From the NCBI GenBank assembly GCA_021772565.1, contig JAJFLR010000097.1, positions 1,558 through 65,557 on the forward strand: 64,000 nucleotides of DNA. The letters are read 5' to 3'. Below are positions 59,519 through 64,000 of the stretch, piece after piece. The notes under the pieces were generated by a model. That model worked only from the letters and a program-made list of their open reading frames with translations, was not told the origin of the DNA and searched no databases. The stretch comes from Opitutales bacterium (GTDB lineage Bacteria; Verrucomicrobiota; Verrucomicrobiia; Opitutales; JAJFLR01). The position numbers and the translations under genes are program-made. The stretch's first letter is position 1; each line of letters starts with the position of its first letter.

Positions 59519-60322
59519 ATGAGTGATTATTATGTTTATGTATACATCGATCCTAGAAACTTTGAGGAATTCTATTTCGGAAAAGGTAAAGGATCACGAA
59601 AAGATGTACATTTGGCGGAAGATTCAGATACTGAAAAATCAAAAAGAATTAAAGCAATAAGAAAAGAAGGCTTAAGCCCTCTTATACGAGTAATAGCTCG
59701 TAATCTTTCAGAGCATGATGCACTCCTTGTCGAAAAAACATTATTATGGAAGCTTGGTAAGCATCTGACGAATATCTCAACTGGACATTATTCGGATAAC
59801 TTTAGACCACAAGATACCTTACATAAAAAATTATCAGGATTCGACTTTAAGAATGGACTATACTATTACAATGTTGGTGAAGGTATCCATCGTAACTGGG
59901 ACGACTATCGTAAATATGGGTTCATTTCAGCAGGACAAGCTCCAAGATTTCGAGATGCCATGCTTCGATTGCAAGAAGGAGACATTGTAGCTGCATACCT
60001 GAAAGGAAAAGGTTTCGTTGGAATAGGAAAAGTCACCCAAAAAGCAAAACCTGTTAGGGAAGTTTATATAAAGAATGTTCAATTGCTTGGTCTATCACTC
60101 AAATCCTCAAATATAAAGGCTAACTATAATGACATGGAGAAGTCTGAGTATGTTGCTCTAGTTGAGTGGATTGTGGCAGTGGATAGAAAAGATGCAAGAT
60201 GGAAGCCTAAGAGGGGTCTTTTTACATCACAGTTAGTTACAGCATCGCTGGATGGTCAGTCTGTGACGGTAAAGTATTTAGAGAGAGAATTTAATGTCGA
60301 TATTGAGAATTTTATTGATTAA
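59519..60322 (+). CDS. GIY-YIG (LEM-3-like) nuclease fused to a putative PUA/EVE-like domain
   Basis: YYVYVYIDPR..FYFGKGKGSR, ALLVE, LTNI; C-terminal RNWDDYRKYGFISAG...GDIVAAYLKGKGFVGIGKV. Confidence 0.8.
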   Translation: MSDYYVYVYIDPRNFEEFYFGKGKGSRKDVHLAEDSDTEKSKRIKAIRKEGLSPLIRVIARNLSEHDALLVEKTLLWKLGKHLTNISTGHYSDNFRPQDTLHKKLSGFDFKNGLYYYNVGEGIHRNWDDYRKYGFISAGQAPRFRDAMLRLQEGDIVAAYLKGKGFVGIGKVTQKAKPVREVYIKNVQLLGLSLKSSNIKANYNDMEKSEYVALVEWIVAVDRKDARWKPKRGLFTSQLVTASLDGQSVTVKYLEREFNVDIENFID

Positions 60323-60527
60323 TAAAGATCGAATGCAACAATCCAAACTACAGGGCTAGATAAGGGTAGGGCTCGCTTTAATGTTTGTTCGATTTCTTAA
60401 ATGTGTATTATTGAATTGATAAAGTTAATTATACAGCCAATTGCATCATTATAATTTTTAGCGTTAGTTTTTCAGAAATAAAATTCAGAATGTTCTTCAA
60501 AAAAAGTCAGTCTTTTAAAGATTAATA

Positions 60528-62675
60528 ATGGCCGAAAAAAAAACAGCACCGAAAAACGATAAAGGCTTCGAGGAGTCCCTGTGGGATTCCGCTAACCGGT
60601 TGCGGGGCAGTGTCGAGTCTTCCGAATACAAACACGTTGTCCTGAGCTTGATTTTCCTCAAGTTCGTTTCAGACAAGTTTGAGGAGCGACGGGCGGAGCT
60701 GATCACGGAGGACAAAGAGAAATACGCCGACATGGTGGAGTTCTATACCATGAAGAATGTGTTTTACCTGCCGGAGTCTTCGCGCTGGTCTTACATTCAG
60801 CAGCATGCCAAGCAGGGAGATATCGCGATCAAGATCGACTCGGCTCTCACTGCGGTGGAAAAGAGCAATACCTCGCTCAAGGGTGCTTTGCCGGACAACT
60901 ATTTTTCTCGCATCGGGCTGGATGGCAGCAAGCTCTCGGCCCTGATCGATACGATCAACAACATCGATACGGTTGCGGACAACGAGGAGGACACGGTCGG
61001 TCGGGTTTATGAATATTTTCTCGGCAAGTTTGCCGCCTCGGAAGGCAAGTTGGGTGGAGAGTTCTATACGCCCAAGTGCGTTGTCAATCTGATTGCGGAA
61101 ATGATTGAACCCTACAAGGGCAAGATCTACGATCCCTGTTGTGGTTCGGGGGGTATGTTCGTACAATCGCTCAAGTTTGTGCAGAGCCATCACGGCAATA
61201 CCAAAGATATTTCGGTGTACGGTCAGGAGTTTACCGCCACCACCTACAAATTGGCCAAGATGAATCTGGCTGTACGCGGGCTCTCGGCCAATCTCGGAGA
61301 AATCGCCGCCGATACATTCTTTAAGGATCAACACCCAGACCTGAAGGCCGACTACATTATGGCTAATCCGCCCTTCAACATGAAGGAATGGCGAGCTGCC
61401 GACGAGCTGACCAACGACTCCCGCTGGGATGGCTATGAAACACCGCCCACCGGCAATGCCAACTACGCCTGGATCCTCCACATGGTGAGCAAACTCTCCG
61501 AGCACGGCGTGGCCGGCTTCGTCCTCGCCAACGGCTCCATGTCCACCAACACCACCGGCGAAGGCGCAATCCGCCAAAAGATGGTGGAGAACGACCTCGT
61601 CGACTGCATGATTGCGTTACCGGGTCAATTGTTTTTTACGACTCAAATTCCCGTTTGCCTCTGGATACTTTCAAAAAACAAACGAGGTACCGCGCAATCA
61701 CCCTCACCCCAAACCCCTCTCCCAGAGGGCGAGGGGATTACTGCCTCTGAGCATTATCGGGGAGGATTTGATTTTTCCGGTCTTGTGAAAACGGCCCGAG
61801 AGTTGCGCCAAAACCAAACACCCGCCGAAGAAAGTTTCTGGCAGGTTGTCAGGAATCGTAAACTGGCAAATCTGAAGTTTAGACGTCAACACCAAACTGG
61901 CGATTATATCGCAGATTTCTACTGTGACGAGAGGAAGTTGATTATTGAACTCGATGGAGAAGCTCACGATTCGGAAACGCGAATTAAGAAAGACAAAAAA
62001 CGAGACGCCTATCTGACCTCCAAAGGCTTCAAGGTACTAAGATTCACAAACAGAGAATGGCTCGAATCACCCGATCAGGTTCTCGAAAAAACTGTGAAAT
62101 ACTGTGAAACAACTTCCCCCACTTCGACTGGGAGAGAACAGAGCAGATCTAACAACGATTCTACTACAGAGGATTTTTCCTCCTCTCCCACTGGGAGAGG
62201 TCGGGTGAGGGTAAATAACACTTTCCGCAATCGTTGCGGAGAAGTGTTATTTATAGACGCCCGAAAGATCGGCTCAATGATTAGTCGCACGCAGAAAGAA
62301 CTCTTATCTGACGACATCGCTAAAATCGCCGAAACGTATCATAGTTGGCGAGCAACCCCTCACCCTAACCCTCTCCCAGAGGGAGAAGGAAATAAAAGCT
62401 CCTCTCCTTCTGGGAGAGGCGGGGGTGAGGGTGTTGAGCACTATAAAAATATCCCTGGATATTGTTTTAGTGCCCAACTTGAAGATATTCGGAAACACGA
62501 CTTCGTGCTCACCCCCGGTCGTTACGTCGGCGCCGCAGACATCGAAGACGACGGCATCCCTTTTGAGACTAAAATGACCGAGATGAGCCAAACGCTTTAT
62601 GCTCAGATGGAAGAGTCAGCAAAGCTGGATGAGGTGATTCGGAAAAACCTGGAGGGCTTGGGTTATGGGAAGTAA
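60528..62675 (+). CDS. hsdM: Type I restriction-modification methyltransferase subunit M with in-frame DUF559 insertion
   Basis: LWDSANRLRG, GEFYTP, YDPCCGSGGM, ANPPFN, LPGQLF, VLTPGRYVG. Confidence 0.95.
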   Translation: MAEKKTAPKNDKGFEESLWDSANRLRGSVESSEYKHVVLSLIFLKFVSDKFEERRAELITEDKEKYADMVEFYTMKNVFYLPESSRWSYIQQHAKQGDIAIKIDSALTAVEKSNTSLKGALPDNYFSRIGLDGSKLSALIDTINNIDTVADNEEDTVGRVYEYFLGKFAASEGKLGGEFYTPKCVVNLIAEMIEPYKGKIYDPCCGSGGMFVQSLKFVQSHHGNTKDISVYGQEFTATTYKLAKMNLAVRGLSANLGEIAADTFFKDQHPDLKADYIMANPPFNMKEWRAADELTNDSRWDGYETPPTGNANYAWILHMVSKLSEHGVAGFVLANGSMSTNTTGEGAIRQKMVENDLVDCMIALPGQLFFTTQIPVCLWILSKNKRGTAQSPSPQTPLPEGEGITASEHYRGGFDFSGLVKTARELRQNQTPAEESFWQVVRNRKLANLKFRRQHQTGDYIADFYCDERKLIIELDGEAHDSETRIKKDKKRDAYLTSKGFKVLRFTNREWLESPDQVLEKTVKYCETTSPTSTGREQSRSNNDSTTEDFSSSPTGRGRVRVNNTFRNRCGEVLFIDARKIGSMISRTQKELLSDDIAKIAETYHSWRATPHPNPLPEGEGNKSSSPSGRGGGEGVEHYKNIPGYCFSAQLEDIRKHDFVLTPGRYVGAADIEDDGIPFETKMTEMSQTLYAQMEESAKLDEVIRKNLEGLGYGK
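61701..62211 (+). mobile_element. Palindrome-bounded in-frame DUF559 (Vsr-like endonuclease) cassette inside hsdM
   Basis: Left ccctcaccccaaacccctctcccagagggcgagggga and inverted right cctctcccactgggagaggtcgggtgaggg enclose ARELRQNQTPAE...FRRQH..IADFYC..LIIELDG..H...RDAYL..GFKVLRF. Confidence 0.8.
62356..62431. repeat. Second, empty inverted pair of the same palindrome, translated within hsdM
   Basis: cccctcaccctaaccctctcccagagggagaagg ... cctctccttctgggagaggcgggggtgaggg encodes PHPNPLPEGEG...SPSGRGGGEG. Confidence 0.85.
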
Positions 62676-63810
62676 GGTTATCACAGACACTCAATATCGG
62701 CAATGGCTCAAGGATCTGAAACAAAGAGTTCGCAAGGCTCAACTGAAAGCGGCCGTTTCCGTTAATACAGCTTTGTTGACGTTCTATTGGGAACTTGGAG
62801 CCGATATTGTCGAGCGCCAGAAAACTGCGACATGGGGAAGTGGATTTCTAAAGCAATTGAGTGCTGATCTGATTGTGGAATTTCCGGAGATGAAGGGATT
62901 TTCGCACAACAATCTTCAATACATCAAAAGATGGTATCTATTTTATTCCAGGGATATTTCAAATTGCGGAACAGGCTGTTCCACAATTGCTCAATCGGTT
63001 GCTGAAAAATTGCAGAACCCGGATGCTTTGCCAAAAGTGGAACAGCTTGTTCCACATTCAAAATGGTCGCAGATTGTGGAAAAGTTGGTCAAGATCCCAT
63101 GGGGTCATAATCTGGTTATCATTTCCAGGTGCGTTGAAATGGAGGAAGCCCTCTTCTATGTCCAGCAAACCATTGAGAACAACTGGAGCCGCAATGTTCT
63201 GACCCACCAAATTGAAAGTGGATTGTATGAGCGACAGGGAAAGGCGATCACTAATTTTGACAAAACGCTTCCTGCCCCGCAATCGGATCTGGCTCAGCAG
63301 ATTATCAAAGATCCTTACAATTTTGATTTTCTAACGCTGACGGAAGATTATAAGGAGCGAGAGCTGGAGCAAGGGCTGATTGAACACGTTACCAAGTTTC
63401 TTATCGAATTGGGTGCGGGCTTCGCATACCTGGGAAAACAAGTGCCGGTTCAAGTTGGCGAACGTGAATTCTTTTTGGATCTCCTGTTTTATCATACGCA
63501 GCTTCATTGTTATGTCGTTATCGATTTAAAAATCGGCGATTTTGAACCCGAATTTGCCGGAAAGCTCAACTTTTATATCAAAGCTGTTGATGAGCAACTT
63601 CGACAGGAAGGCGATCATGACACAATTGGTATTCTTCTTTGTAAAAACAAGGACAAGCTCGTCGCTGAATATGCCTTGAGTGACATCAATAAACCTATCG
63701 GCGTTTCAGAGTATCAGTTGACACAAGCATTGCCCGATAATTTGAAATCAAGCCTGCCTTCCATTGAAGAAATAGAAGCGGAATTTTGTGGAAATTTAGA
63801 TGATAAATAG
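62665..63810 (+). CDS. YhcG/DUF1016-family PD-(D/E)xK nuclease
   Basis: AAVSVNTALLTFYWELG, GFSHNNL, IPWGHN, KDPYNFDFL, ELGAGF, DLLFYH, GKLNFY, TIGILLC. Confidence 0.93.
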   Translation: MGSKVITDTQYRQWLKDLKQRVRKAQLKAAVSVNTALLTFYWELGADIVERQKTATWGSGFLKQLSADLIVEFPEMKGFSHNNLQYIKRWYLFYSRDISNCGTGCSTIAQSVAEKLQNPDALPKVEQLVPHSKWSQIVEKLVKIPWGHNLVIISRCVEMEEALFYVQQTIENNWSRNVLTHQIESGLYERQGKAITNFDKTLPAPQSDLAQQIIKDPYNFDFLTLTEDYKERELEQGLIEHVTKFLIELGAGFAYLGKQVPVQVGEREFFLDLLFYHTQLHCYVVIDLKIGDFEPEFAGKLNFYIKAVDEQLRQEGDHDTIGILLCKNKDKLVAEYALSDINKPIGVSEYQLTQALPDNLKSSLPSIEEIEAEFCGNLDDK

Positions 63811-63814
63811 ATAC

Positions 63815-63956
63815 TACCAGATGATGTTAAACGTTAACTTATTTGAGATTGGGATGAATGAGATGAGCCAGATAGTTTATCGGATTATGAAAGAGTCGGC
63901 GAAATTGGATAATGTGATTTGGAGGAATTTGGAGGGCTTGGGTTATGGAGAATAAA
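63815..63956 (+). repeat. Decayed duplicate of the hsdM 3' end
   Basis: gagatgagcca...gaaagagtcggcgaaattggat...ggagggcttgggttatgg matches about 62540..62675. Confidence 0.85.
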
Positions 63957-64000
63957 TGGCGCTCTAGCATCTGGGGAGTAGAGATTTCTCTTGAATATGG
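63945..64000 (+). CDS. hsdS: Probable type I R-M specificity subunit, 5' end only
   Basis: MENKWRSSIWGVEISLEY(G) resembles HsdS N-termini (M..EW....LG......YG) and starts overlapping the hsdM-tail copy. Confidence 0.6.
   Translation, partial: MENKWRSSIWGVEISLEY

Noticed and set aside
59330-60400. Integron cassette/attC around the GIY-YIG gene (gcccaac..gttagc at ~59335, gttctgc at 59491)
   Set aside because: No complete attC hairpin with paired R and L boxes could be built, and no integrase is seen
60669-61577. 302-aa antisense ORF
   Set aside because: Lies wholly opposite the GC-rich hsdM; no recognisable motifs
1-64000. CRISPR arrays, tRNA/rRNA genes, reverse transcriptases, TcB/TcC RHS genes
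   Set aside because: None recognised by eye or in the ORF track; short RNAs could have been missed without covariance searches

Overview
AT-rich bacterial chromosome segment, most likely Verrucomicrobiota (Opitutales-like). This is inferred from the fused murC-murB, a LysM gene inside the dcw cluster, a divergent FtsZ and Verrucomicrobia-style secreted proteins. The core content is a complete mraZ-to-ftsZ dcw cluster (32.5-52 kb), dnaN, pssA, mscS and tlyA. The standout accessory feature is a more GC-rich five-gene minus-strand operon (8.1-21.0 kb) bracketed by diverged ~180-bp direct repeats. It encodes a secreted 586-aa protein, a phage-tail-fibre-like trimeric adhesin with a peptidase-S74 chaperone, a 2665-aa signal-peptide protein whose C-terminal part resembles a Tc-toxin TcA pore/TcB-binding region, a small secreted Ca-binding protein and a MORN/YwqK-like membrane protein. 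No TcB/TcC (RHS) genes are present, so this is a candidate undescribed Sec-exported, fibre-targeted Tc-like system. Also present: two trans-envelope signalling operons (cupredoxin/porin/kinase and barrel/YfiR/kinase), a MarR-methyltransferase-Opu osmolyte locus, a tlyA pseudo-duplicate flanking a lipoprotein pyrophosphatase, and the start of a defence region. That region holds a GIY-YIG nuclease, a type I hsdM with an in-frame DUF559 insertion bounded by translated palindromes, yhcG next to a duplicated hsdM 3' end, and the hsdS start. All family assignments come from motif recognition by eye; no searches were run.
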